Assembly: GCF_006345805.1 (NCBI RefSeq)
Contig: NC_042999.1
Span: forward strand, 36,766,001 to 36,830,000
Direction: 5' to 3'
Origin: Octopus sinensis
Taxonomy: Eukaryota
DNA length: 64,000 nucleotides
The notes beneath the pieces were generated by a model. The model saw nothing but the letters and a program-made list of their open reading frames with translations. It had not been told where the DNA came from and did no database searches. This document shows positions 38,270-50,759 of this stretch, in pieces. Position numbers and translations under genes: made by a program. Numbering within the stretch: position 1 is the stretch's first letter; each line of letters starts with the position of its first letter.

Positions 38270-38503
38270 AGGAGTGGGTGTGTGGAAAGTAGCTTGCTTA
38301 TCAACCACATGGTTCCGGGTTCTTTACTCTATGTACTGCCTTTATGGCAAATGTAATGAAATAAAGAAGCTTGCTTCCCAACCACATAGTTCTGGGTTCA
38401 GTCCCACTGTGTGGCACCTTGGGCAAGTGTCTTCTACTATAGCCTCAGGCCAACCAAAGCCTTGTGAGTGGATTTGGTAGACGGAAACTGAAAGAAACCC
38501 GTC

Positions 38504-38551
<48 letters not shown>

Positions 38552-38770
38552 GTGTGTGTGTCTGTGTTTGTGTGTCTGTGTTTGTGTCCCCAACATTGCT
38601 TGACAACCGATGCTGGTGTGTTTACATCCCCGTAACTTAGCGGTTCAGCAAAAGATACCGATAGAATAAGTACTAGGCTTACAAAGAATAAGTCCTGGGG
38701 TCAATTTGCTCGACTAAAGGTGGTGCTCCAGCATGGCCACAGTCAAATGACTGAAGCAAGTAAAAGAGTT
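38270..38770 (+). mobile_element. SINE family A with an extra partial head (38270-38320) ahead of a near-complete copy
   Basis: AGCTTGCTT..CAACCACAT.GTTC occurs twice about 90 bp apart. Confidence 0.82.
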
Positions 38771-38781
38771 ATATACTAGAA

Positions 38782-39023
38782 TAGTGGTTCTCAACTGGGG
38801 TCCATATAAGGGTTATTTTTGTTAAAATTTATGTGCAGTAGATTGGTTTTACTTCCACAATACACAAAATATTTTAATAATTTTTGATACAATTCCAAAT
38901 AATATTTAATTATAAAAACATAATAAAAATTTTGACCACTTTGAATGGCTATGAGGGTCCACCCAAATAAAACAGGAATCAAAGCGGTCCTTAAGTAAAA
39001 AAAAAAATAGTTGAGAACCATTG
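38782..39023. mobile_element. hAT-type MITE
   Basis: TIR (T)AGTGGTTCTCAAC / GTTGAGAACCATTG; TSD TACTAGA(A/G), 7 of 8 match. Confidence 0.82.
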
Positions 39024-40114
39024 TACTAGAGGCAATATAATCATCCACAATCAATGGCCTTGTGCTGGAGACAAAAAGTGATATTAAGTCCTTGGAAAAT
39101 ATCGTGCATTAATCATTCATAACAGCAAAGAAAATATGTATGTGTGTGGACATAGGTGCTTGCATGTGTGTTTGTGTGTGCATGTGTGGTAACAAAGATT
39201 ATGTAACTCATAGCTATTTCATACAAACCCTGTACTTAGATGACTATATTTGTCAAAGGTGTAACATAAATGTAACAGACAGCAAATTTAAAATTAGGTT
39301 AGGCAGTAAATTCAAAGACCAAAAAAAACATATGTAACATTCTTCTGTGAATGGTTAAGAGAATCTATCTTAAAGTTCATATATTTTGGTAGTGAAATTG
39401 TTAATAACACAATTTACAAATACGGGTGTGGCTATGAAGCACAGTCATCATAACTATCCTCATCATCATGAACACCACCACTACTACCCTCAACAACACC
39501 ACCACTACCACCCTCAGCAACACCACCACTACCACCCTCAACAACACCACCACTGCCACCGCCACCATCATCATCATTGTCATTGTCTTCATCATCATCA
39601 TCATCATCATCATCATTTTATGCCTGCTTATATCTGCTTTCCATGATGGTGTAGATTGAATGGGTCATATACTATCCAAATTATCTGTTAAGGGGAGCCA
39701 CTACTCTCATAGACTGCTGCTTGTTATGTGTCATTTGGCTTAGTTTATATGGCTGGATACCTTTCTTATCGGAAACTCCTTTACAAAACATACTGGGTGT
39801 ATTTTCTCTTAGTACCAACAGTGCAGAAGGTGAACAATCCTCCACAAAACAGGATTAAAAATACCTCACAACCACTTTACAGAGTGTACTGGGTATGTTT
39901 TTCATGACATCAGCACTAGAGAAATTGTCCTTCTCACCAGTAATTGTAGATGAAGATAAAACTTAAAGGGTACAGAAGACTTGAGTAAATGGACCAAATT
40001 AACAAAAGTAAAAACAGTAAAAAAATACACAGTAAGATTTGAAAACCATGGAAACTAAATCTTCTGACTTCATCCTGGGTCAACATCTTGAAATCAATAA
40101 AAAGTGGGATTGTA

Positions 40115-41356
40115 TTAGGTTGTTTCAAATGAAATGTCGCATTTTTAATTACTTGTTATTTCAGTCATTTAAAAACCCAATTACGTATACCTTGCATTTA
40201 ATCTGTCTCTTTTTCTTTTCCAACAATATTGGTATAAAAAATTCGTACCCACAGACCCTATGAAAATGATAACAACCAAACTATGTTGAGTGATTTTCTT
40301 GTATGAATACAAACTGGGTCACTCTGCCGCAGAAGCTCTACAGAATATCAAGTGGGCTTTGGTAATGGTTTTGTTGACATCAGAACTGTTCAGAGATGGT
40401 TCCATAGCTCTCATTCAGATGATAGCCTTGAAAATAAACTAAGGGATAGGCCAAAATCATTTATTCGACATGATGGATTAAGTGCGTTGGTTGAACAAAA
40501 TCCAAAAACAAACATTCAAAAACTTTCATCAGAACTCCAAACATCTCACACAACTGTTTTTGGACACCTGTAAAAAAATTGGAAAAGTTAAGAAAACGGA
40601 TAGGTTTGTCCCACATCAACTGAACAAGATTAAAAAAAAAAAACAGATGTCTTGAAGTGTGCTCCTTATTGCTTTCTCAACTGGAAAAAGATCCTTTGTG
40701 CATCAAATCATTACTTGTGGTGAGAAATGGATACTCTTTGACAAAAGTGGGAGAACAGGACAATAATTAGATGCAGGAGAGTCTCCTAAACACCACCCAA
40801 ACTCACCATTGTACCTTAAAAAGTTTGTAGTCACTGCATGGTGGTCTGCAAAGAAAGCTATTCATTATTCATTTTTGCAACAAGTAAAAACAGTAGCAGC
40901 AACATCGTATTGCCAGGGAACTAATTGTATGCATGAGAATTTGAAAAAGAAGCGACCCAGACTAGTGAATAGAGACGGCCCAGTTTTGCTCCACGACAAT
41001 GTATGTCCTCGCTCTTCTCAAGTTATGGTCCAAAAGTTGCAAAGCCTGAGATTTTGCAACATCCTCCCTAATCCCCTAATATCTCTCCAACTGATCATCA
41101 CTTATTTAAGTATTTTGAGCTTTTCATAAGCAATAAAACATTCTTAAATAGAGAAGAGGTAATTGAAGCATTCAGACAGTTCATCACAGCAAAAGACGAA
41201 TTTTTTTTTTTTGAAGATAGAATATATGACATAGACAAACGTTGGGTAAAAGTCATAAATGAACATGGATCATACTTTGATAAATCAGTTCTCTAACACT
41301 TCTGAAACATTTTATTGTCACCTTTCAAATATGACATTTTGTGTGAAACAACCTAA
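40115..41356 (+). mobile_element. Full-length decayed mariner (DD34D-type) transposon
   Basis: TIRs TTAGGTTGTTTCA.A..AAATGTC at both ends, TA flanks, 1242 bp; remnants RTVQRWF, ITCGEKWI, VLLHDN. Confidence 0.9.
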
Positions 41357-41943
41357 TATTATCACAAACAAAATACAGTATCATCAGGGCCATCTAGGCA
41401 ACATTGATAACAATCTTGTTAATTCTCATTGCAAACAATGAATTCATGTGTAACACCTTGTAAGGATGGCTGTTAGTAGAATAATCTATCTTGATAGTGA
41501 TAAGTGACTGACAAATTATTTGTAAAACACGTGAGTTATATGTAGATATCATATGATACAATTAGGGTTCTATAGCAAATTTTTGATTGAGTCCTTATAT
41601 TAAGGCTTATCTGAATTTCTGAAATGAGAAATTAGCATGTATGAATGGCCTAGATGATAACAAGGACATGGATTTCTTTCCCAAAATCAGATGGCACTTT
41701 ATGTCCCTAAGCAAGGCTGATCATTTCATGTTGCCCTAGTTCACTCAGCTAGAAAATTAGCACCAGCCTAGTATTGATACAGCCCTCTTTCTCTCTGGCT
41801 CTCAAATCTGAAATGTTCAGCTAGGTCAATGGCAGCTGTGTCTGTTTGTATGTACATGTTTATGTGTGTATGTATGTACATGTGTGCACATGTGTGTGTG
41901 TTTGTGTAGGTACTTACGTACATACGTATGTATGTATGTAGGT

Positions 41944-42265
41944 GTGAAGGCATGTGGCTTAGTGGTTAGAGCATTCGGCTCACGAGTGTAAGGTTGTGAG
42001 TTCGATTCCTGGCGACGCATTGTGTCCTTGAGCAAGACACTTTATTTCACGTTGCTCCAATCCACTCAGCTGGCAAAAATGAGTTGTACCTGTATTTCAA
42101 AGAGCCGACCTTGTCACACTTGGTGTCACGCTGAATCTCCCTGAGAACTACATTACAGGTACGTGTGTCTGTGGAGTGCTCAGTCACTTGCACATTAATT
42201 TCACGAGCAGACTGTTCCGTTGATTGTATAAGCTGGGACCCTCTTCGTCGTAAAAGGAGTGCTCC
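41944..42265 (+). mobile_element. tRNA-headed SINE, head H1 plus tail T1
   Basis: A-box TGGCTTAGTGG and B-box GTTCGATTCC; tail TGTACCTGTATTTCAAAG..GGAGTGC. Confidence 0.85.
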
Positions 42266-42824
42266 TTTTATGTATGTATGTATGCATGCATGTATGTATG
42301 TAAGCTGTTATTATTTTGTTTCTAGATTCCTTGCCAATTATTACACCTCAGTTCACTGTTTGTGATGAGAATTAACAAGACTCTTAACAATAGAAAATTT
42401 CTATTTGTAAATCTCTCAATAAGAGACATTCAGTAACAAAACTCTAGAGTAAAGAATATTTGCCAATATAACGTGGAAGTCTTGTTTTAGAATGAATATT
42501 ACTGTTATTTAGCCCCAGGAAACATCATCTCCATCTGGCTATATGACACACTATTTGTTAACAATGTTGCTTAGATGGCTCTGATGATACTGTACTTTAT
42601 CAGTGATAACACAATCTCTCCTTTTATTTGACTTCAAGACGGCGGCCCAAGATGAAGTCAGATCAGCAATTGCTTTGTCTGTGCTCTCTGATACTTGTAT
42701 TATTCTCTGGAATTATGTGTGTGTGCATGTATACTCATACATTCATACATACATATATACATACAAACACACACATGCATACACACACATGTGCGTGCAT
42801 GCACACACACACATGCACACTGAG

Positions 42825-43430
42825 GACTACAGGAAAGAAACTGCTGATGTTTTATGGGGGAAAATCTTGGCAGTAGTGGTTGGAATGAAGCCTGGTTACT
42901 TGACACAGTGTGAGTGATGGGAAGAGGAGAGATGACTGAGTCAAGAGCGCTTTGAGTAAAGATGACATGAGATCAGCCAGTTGCAAGAGTCAGAAGCCAT
43001 AGCATTAGAAGGGGCAGACAAAGAAGACTGGACATCTGCAGGCCAGAGGTTGGAGCACATTGGCAAATAATTTCATTGCAGTCAGTTGGGTGCTTTTTCT
43101 CAGTATGTAGTCTCAGATGTCTGTGTGTAGCAATAGTACCATCCTAAGCAATAATGCATTGGGGTTTTCATCTGAGCTTTATAGAATATTTATAGTTGTT
43201 GAAGAGGGGATTAAGTATTTTCTGGTTTTGAAAAGAAGAGCCAGTCTTTGAGAATCAGGCTTTGCTATATTAAGGATGTGTGCTTGTCAGAAAAGATTTT
43301 CAGTAACATTGTAGTCGAGCATTTGAAATGATTAGAAGAGTTTAGAATGCATGTTGCTCATGTGTAAGTGAGAGGAGGTGTAATGATGTTTCCTTGGCAC
43401 TAGTCCTAATTTTTTGTAGATATAAGCTTT
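42825..43430 (-). mobile_element. Decayed CR1/L2-group LINE 3' region
   Basis: HI..IAK..SQRLALLFKTRKYL..QQL..YKAQ..MHYC and C-terminal SNHY..F..TSA pattern, with frameshifts. Confidence 0.65.
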
Positions 43431-43810
43431 CATATTAATTTGATATTCAACTTAATAATTTAATAATCATCAACACTTAACATCTGTTTTCCATGCTGAC
43501 ATGGGTTGGATGGCTTGACAGAAGCTAGCAAGGCAAGGAGCTGCACCAGGTTCCATAGTCTGTTGTGGCATGGTTTCCATGGCTGGATGCCCTTCTTGAT
43601 ACTAACCACTCCAAACATTGTACTGAGTGTTTTTTTATGAGGCACCATCACCATTGCTTTTCATGTGGCATCAGCACCAGTGCTTTTACATGACATTAGC
43701 ACCAACCCAAATACTTTTTACATGGTACCTAGGTTTTAGGATCTCAAGTCTGTTGTGGTAGGCTGGTCTTTTCAAGTACAGCAATATATTGGTTCTCTGT
43801 CATCAATAAT

Positions 43811-44136
43811 TTTTTTTAAAATTCATTTATGCGCCCTTTTTAAGCCTAGCCAGGCTCATGGGTCCAGTTTCCCAGTTTCTATGGCGTATGTGTTCCACCC
43901 AGCTGGATGGGACGCCAGTCCATCGCAGCATTACTCAAGAAACAGGAAGGAAGAATGAAAGAAAGTTGGGGGCAAAAGAGTACAACAGGGGTCGCCACAA
44001 CCCCCTGCTGGAACCTCATAGAGCATTTCAGGTGTTTTTGCTCAAGAAACACACACAATACCTGGTCTGGAAATTGAAACCGCGATCCTCGAACCACAAG
44101 TCCGCTGCCCCAATCACTGGGCCATTGCGCTTCCAC
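43811..44136 (-). mobile_element. tRNA-headed SINE, head H2 plus tail T3, with 12-bp TSD
   Basis: GTCATCAATAAT at 43799-43810 and 44137-44148. Confidence 0.88.
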
Positions 44137-44577
44137 GTCATCAATAATATATAATAAAATTTCATATTTAATTTAAAGTGATGAGATGACAGAATCATTA
44201 GTACACTGACAAAATACTTAGCAGCCTTTCATCTGTCCTTATGTTCTAAGTTCAAATTCTACTGAGGTTGACTTTGCCTTTCATCCTTTTGGGTTCAATA
44301 AAATAAATACTAAACCCCTCCCCTGAAATTGTTGGCTTTGTCCCAAAATTTGAAACCAATATTTCAATGTTTAATTTAATTAAACATTAAAAAAATTATA
44401 ACACAGCAATAATTATTTTTTTGTGAAAAACTTATCAATATCCTATGGTAGCTCTATTGTAAAAATCTGGAAAAGGAATATAGCTATAGCATAACTATTT
44501 ATATGCGATCAATATCATTATCATATGTTCATTCTATTTAATGTCCCTTTCTTTTATATTAGCATAGCATGCATGGC

Positions 44578-44692
44578 GATTGATTTTGGGGCAGGATTTT
44601 AGAGGTGATTGATTTGGGGGCAGGATTTTAAAGGTGATTGATTTTGGGGCAAGATTTTAAAGGTGATTGATTTGGGTGCAGGATTTTAAAGC
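44578..44692. repeat. About 29-bp minisatellite, 4 units
   Basis: GATTGATTTTGGGGCAGGATTTTAAAGGT repeated. Confidence 0.85.
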
Positions 44693-44871
44693 TAGATACC
44701 TTTCTTGTTGCCAAGCTTCATCTCTTTTACTTGTTTCAGATTCTAGACTGCAGCCATGCCTTAAGGAATTTCAGTTGAAAGAATTAACCCTGGTACTTTT
44801 GTTTTTTTAAGCCTGATAACTATGCTATCAGTTTCTTTTGCTAAGTTATGAGGATGTAAATACTTTTGTTT

Positions 44872-45282
44872 ATAGGCATGGGTATGTGGTAAGAAGCTTG
44901 CTTCCCAACCACATAGTTCTGGGTTCAGTCCCACTGTGTGACACCTTGGGCAAGTGTCTTCTACTATAGCCTTGGGCTAACCAAAGACTTCTGAGTGGAT
45001 TTGGTAGACAGAAACTGAAAGAAACCCGTTGTATGTAAATATATATGTATATATATATATGTATCTCTTTGTGTCTGTGTTCGTTGCCACCATCATCACT
45101 TGACAACCAATGTTGGTGTGTTTATGTCACTGTAACCTAGCAGTTCAGCAAAAGAGACTGAAAGAATAAGTATTAGGCTTACAAAGAATAAGTCCTGGGA
45201 TCAATTGCTTTGAGAAAAGAAAAATCCTTTAAGGCAGTGCTCCAGCAAGGCCATGGTCAAATGACTGAAACAAGTAAAAGAA
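44872..45282 (+). mobile_element. SINE family A, full length, diverged
   Basis: Colinear with other copies. Confidence 0.85.
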
Positions 45283-46052
45283 TATTATAGCTGAAAAATT
45301 TCTGTTAAGCCTCAGTTCAATCAATATCTATAAATTATTATTGATTTAAATTAGTCAGAAAGCAACAGATGAAAATGAATAATTTTCCAAAATTCGGTTA
45401 GGCTATGTTAAATACAAAGTTTTATTGATTTGGTTGTACTTAATTTAAATTAAAAGTTTAATTGTAAACTTTTACATTGGTACAATTAATAGGAAAGTGA
45501 TAAGCTGCTAAGAATAAGACATGGACAGACGATAACAACAAGTACTACATTATTATCAAAGAGATGCATTCTCTTGATATGAAGTTTGACTTTGATATTT
45601 TAACTTATATGAATGTTATACTTGGCCCAAGCAGCTAAATATGAGCTAGTAAACTGAATAGAATGTTAAAATCTTAGCTTTTAATTTTTGAGATCATTAA
45701 CAGCATTAAAAAAATGGTTATATTGCTATTAAGGAAATAACCAAATGTCTACATAATAAAGAGCATTTAATAATTACATTTGCCTTGAACAATTTAACAA
45801 CATAGAAATTTGTGGCGACGAAGCTCCACTGCATGGCATCCTTGATCAGCTGAGTAACATTGGCTGATGTTGCTGTTATCTTGAGAATTGTTGCAATGCA
45901 TCAAAACTGAGTCACATGAGCACAAATATGAAACATATTAGTACAGACAGTGTGGTTGTATGGTTGAGAAGCTTACTTTCCAACCATGTATATATATATA
46001 AATATATGTATATATATATATGTATATATATATACATACATAAATATATATA

Positions 46053-46122
<70 letters not shown>

Positions 46123-46780
46123 ATAAGAAATTAAAAAAGGAAAATAAGCACACTTACATAGTTTTAATATAATTTTTAATATATCGACCGGTTTTGCTAA
46201 TGCTATTCATGATCATCATGATCATCATCATCATTTAGCGTCCGTTTTCCATGCTAGCATGGGTTGGACGGTTCAACTGGGGTCTGTGAAGCCAGAAGGC
46301 TGCATCAGGCCCAGTCTGATCTGGCAGTGTTTCTACGGCTGGATGCCCTTCCTAATGCCAACCACTCCGTGAGTGTAGTGGGTACTTTTTACGTGCCACC
46401 CGCACAGGTGCCAGACGGTGCTGGCAAACGGCCACGAACAGATGGTGCTTTTACGTGCCACCGGCACGGGGGCCTGGCGAGGCTGGCAACGGACACAAAC
46501 AGATGGTGCTTTTTATGTGTTTAATTTATTTGAATATATATTTTTTCTTAAGAAGAAATTTGGTCCATGTTGTGTGTGAAGAAATTCACACGCACATATA
46601 TATATATACTGCCAGCCATGATCTTTCTTTCTTGGCCTGACTGCCGACTATCAACACCTCTTATGTCCATCTCTTATGTTCCTGCCTTGAGGTTTTCTCT
46701 TTATACATGCCAGCTCAATTTGATTTGTCCTCAGTCAAAAGACACCTGTTGTTATATTCTTGGTGTTTGTATTTGTAATT

Positions 46781-47110
46781 GTGAAGGCACGTGGCTTGGT
46801 GGTTAGGGCATTTGGCTCACAGTCATAAGGTTGTGTGTTCAATTCCCAGCAACACGTTGTATCCTTGAGCAAGACACTTTATTTCATGTTGTTCCAGTCC
46901 ACTCAGCTGGTAAAAATGAGTAGTACCTGTATTTCAAAGGGTCAGTCTTGTCACACTCTGTGTCATGTTGAATCTCCCAGAGAACTACGTTAAGGGATAC
47001 ACATGTGTGTGGAGTGCTCAGCCATTTGCACATTAATTTCATGAGCAAGCTGTTCCATTGATCATAACAGCTGGGACCCTTATTGTCATAACGAATAGAG
47101 TGCCCCTTTT
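46781..47110 (+). mobile_element. tRNA-headed SINE, head H1 plus tail T1, with TSD
   Basis: Colinear with 41944-42265; ATTTGTAATT(GTG) repeated at 46771 and 47113; an H1 head-only piece lies at 9725-9862. Confidence 0.85.
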
Positions 47111-48070
47111 AAATTTGTAATTGTGTACCATGTTCTCCATTTTTGTCTTTGTTGTTGTACATATTTGCTAGCTTTCTTTCAAAAAATTTAATGCTCTTGG
47201 CTTAGATTTTTGGGAGGGGTAACCAGATCAAACAGTCTTAAGTGTAACTGCCTGAAACTGTAAGGACATCTAGTAACTTGACTGAAGAAAGAGGGCCATG
47301 AATAACCTGTCCTTTTTTTTTTTTTTCTATCTGCCTAGCAAAAATCTACTATACCAAAAGAACTGGTAATACATACATTACAAGTGTTCTATGAAGAGAA
47401 CATAAGATTGCTGCGTAATTCAACGTGAATGTGAAATGACATTAAACATTGTATAAGGTAAATGAAGGTTTCTGTAGGAACACTAAGTCATATTCACTTA
47501 GTGATTTTACATGCACCGGGATGAATTATGATGTTGTCATCAGTATTAGATGCAGTAAGAGCTGGTAGCACCAATGGCAGCAGTGATGAATTTCATTGTC
47601 CTAATGTGGAGAAAGTGAGCAATAACTTCCTGGAGGCAAACGCAAGCTAGACTTCTTAAGCAGAGAAAAACTGATCTATTTAAGGAAATTGCTGGGCTCC
47701 ATTGTGATAGGTAGACACTCCAAGCAATGTAAAATATGGCCCAGACCGTTATTACCAACATGAACATCAAACTTCAAAAAGTAGTTGACCATGTAATGGT
47801 TTTAGTAAATTTATACTGAAAAAGTAAGCATTATACCGTCCAGCATAAATAAAAGTCAACTTCATTGTATTTTTTCTATAAAAACCTATTCTGACATTAA
47901 ATGAGTCAACTTCCGGTATGAATGTTTACATTTGTACGTCATTTTTCAGCCAAAAAGATTTCTAAAGAAATTCTGGAAACTATCTGCTCATGTAATTTAC
48001 GCATCCCCTAAAGTTTATTTTTGTTTTTGCAAAAATAAGAAGTGCATAAATTACATGGATTTTTATGGTA

Positions 48071-48471
48071 TACTAGCAGTATCGCCCGGCGTTGCTCGGG
48101 TTTGTAAGGGAAATAACTATATAAGCATTTTTAGAGAGTTATAGCCAAAAAATAGCAAAAAAATGCATTAAAAATGGAAAAAAAATTATGGTAAATTTTT
48201 TTTTAATCGTTGACTCATCATAGACATTTTTGGAGAGTTACTTCCCTTATATAATAGCGAAAAAATGCATTAAAATGGAAAAAAAATGATGGTAAATTGT
48301 TTTTAAAATCGTAGACTCATCGTAGATGTGTGCTAATACCCAGAAGGGCTCGATATGAATCACGACTATCAGATACCCACTTTTGGTTAAACTGCACCGC
48401 AAAATGTGGGAGTAGTTAGGAATCTAAATCGTAGGAGACAGACACACAACTTCTCTTTTATATATAAAGAT
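48071..48471. mobile_element. Non-autonomous Helitron/Helentron-type (DINE/HINE-like) element
   Basis: Starts TACTAGCAGTATCGCCCGGCGTTGCTCGGG (short palindrome); internal tandem duplication; ends TTTTATATATAAAGAT; a related start lies at 19508. Confidence 0.6.
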
Positions 48472-48963
48472 ATATAAATGTTCCACTTAGGCATAGTAAT
48501 ACTAATAATAACCTAGTGTTAGAACTCAATAATCATAAGGTTCAGAACAGAGCATTAGTGGAGTACAGAGTGTAAATATGAAACTAAATATATGACAAAA
48601 GGACCAGGAAATTATGCAATGAACTTCATGTGAATACAACTGCTCCTGCTATAAGCTGCAGTGCACCCAGAGCTGAGTGTTTGTGCAGCACCTTAAAGCA
48701 GAATCTGCTGTATGCACATGAAGTTCTTTGCATAATTTTGTGGTCTTTTGATATTTATTTAATTTCGTAAACATATATATATATATATATACAAATTGAG
48801 ATAGGGGTTGTAAATGCAACCCTCTATGGGATAACATATATCCAATATACTGCTAGTGAAGTACCCAACAAAGTTAATACATAAATGTTAATGATTGCGA
48901 TGCAATCAATTCATTTACTGTATTATATGGGCAAAGGTAAAATGATTTACCATAAATTACTAA

Positions 48964-49088
48964 TACAAGATAAGAAAATGGAGAAATACATCTAAATCAA
49001 ATATCAATTACCAGATAATACTCAATCACATACTTTATTAAACCACAATTGATATTTGATTTAGATGTATTTCTCCATTTTCTTATCT

Positions 49089-49092
<4 letters not shown>
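48964..49092. repeat. Perfect 46-bp inverted repeat with 37-nt loop
   Basis: 48964-49009 is the exact reverse complement of 49047-49092; (TA)n follows. Confidence 0.9.
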
Positions 49093-49138
<46 letters not shown>

Positions 49139-49180
49139 CACATTTATATATATGTGTGTGTGTGTGTGTGTGTGGTGTGT

Positions 49181-49440
49181 GTGGAGGCGCAATGGCCCAG
49201 TGGTTAGGGCAGCGGACTCGCGGTCTTAGGATCGCGGTTTCGATTCCCAGACCGGGCGTTGTGAGTGTTTATTGAGTGAAAACACCTAAAAGCTCCACAA
49301 GGCTCCGGCAGGAGGTGGTGATCCCTGCTGTACTCTTTCCCCACTCTTTCTTCTGTTGGCCTGTTCGCTTAGGCGAATGCATTGTGACCAGCGATGTGTA
49401 ACAACATCTGATGGTCTGGTCAGTCACGTGATCACGTGAT
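49181..49440 (+). mobile_element. tRNA-headed SINE, head H2 plus tail T2
   Basis: Head GTGGAGGCGCAATGGCCCAGTGGTTAGG; tail ends GTCACGTGATCACGTGAT; a T2 tail alone lies at 6674-6793 (minus). Confidence 0.82.
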
Positions 49441-49930
49441 ATATATATATATATCATCATTATCATTATCATCATCATCATTGTCATTTAATGTCCATTG
49501 TCCATGCTGGCATGGGTTGGACAGTTTGACCAGAGCTGGCAAGCTGGAAGATATCAACATCATCATCATCTCATCATCATTATCATTCAATGTCTGTTTT
49601 CATGGGCTTCTGAAGAGCTTCCATCCAAGAAATTCACCTATAAAGCATTGGTCTGACTGGAACTATAGTAGAAGACACTTACCCAGGGTTACATGCAATA
49701 GGACTGAATCCCAAACCATGCAGTTAGGAAGAGAACTGCTTAACCACACAGCTATGCTTGTGCATCACTCACTCACACACATACGCACATGCACACACGT
49801 GCATGCACACACACACACACATATAGGTGTATGCAAAATAAATGCCTTCAACTGCACAGAAGCCTTCCTAGAAGTAGCTAACAGTTTCTATAGTCCAGGT
49901 GATCTAATTAGCAGTGTTTCAAAAGCATGG

Positions 49931-50312
49931 AAGCACTCCGTCGGTTACGACGACGAGGGTTCCGGTTGATCCGAATCAACGGAGCAGCCTGCTCGTGAAA
50001 TTAACGTGTAAGTGGCTGAGCACTCCACAGACACGTGTACTCTTAACGTAGTTCTCGGGGATATTCAGCGTGACGCAGAGAGTGACAAGGCCGGCCCCTT
50101 GAAATACAGGTACAACAGAAACAGGAAGTAAGAGTGAGAGAAAGTTGTGGTGAAAGAGTACAGCAGGGATCACCACCATCCCCTGCCGGAGCCTTGTGGA
50201 GCTTTAGGTGTTTTCGCTCAATAAACACTCACAACGCCCGGTCTGGGAATCGAAACCGCGATCCTATGACCGCGAGTCCACTGCCCTAACCACTGGGCCA
50301 TTGTGCCTCCAC
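49931..50312 (-). mobile_element. tRNA-headed SINE, head H2 plus tail T1, full length, CpG-rich, with TSD
   Basis: AAAAGCAT(G/A)G at 49921-49930 and 50313-50322. Confidence 0.9.
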
Positions 50313-50759
50313 AAAAGCATAGCAGCTAGTGTAAGAATAGTCTGAAAGAAAACATTTAGGGAATTATTATCTCTGCTGATAGTAATAGGTAAAAATTAGA
50401 TTTTTATGATGCTTTCATAGCTTGTGTATGCAGTGCAAAGCAGTATGAAAGCAAGATGTAACCCTTTAGTAAGGAATATTTGTAATGGCTAGAAGGAAAT
50501 GAAAGAAATATGCTTTTGTCATGATGCCTGTATTACAAGGGATGTTATTGGTTCTGTTTGATTTCCTTAATCCCTACCGTCACCTCATTTTATTGCAAGC
50601 CATCACTTTCCTTCTCATTGTTACTGTTTATTGACCATCACCAGTTTTTCTTACCATCACCTATCTTTATTACATCTTTTCTCTGATAAAAGCAATAAAC
50701 TCTATAAAGTAGACATTGATAAATATAGTTAGTTATTACTTAATGACATAACTATTAAT

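Noticed and set aside
41944-42020. tRNA genes at SINE heads (also 9725, 46781, 49181, 50312)
   Set aside because: A and B boxes run straight into SINE bodies with no complete cloverleaf or poly-T terminator
46183-46213. Minus-strand hammerhead remnant (AUC/GAU, ACCGGU-C)
   Set aside because: At least three core mismatches (ATGAATA, AAAA); suggestive of a decayed PLE end but too weak to call
47546-47770. Possible host exon (74-aa hydrophobic ORF in unique sequence)
   Set aside because: No recognisable domain, no convincing splice-site pair, stops in the other frames
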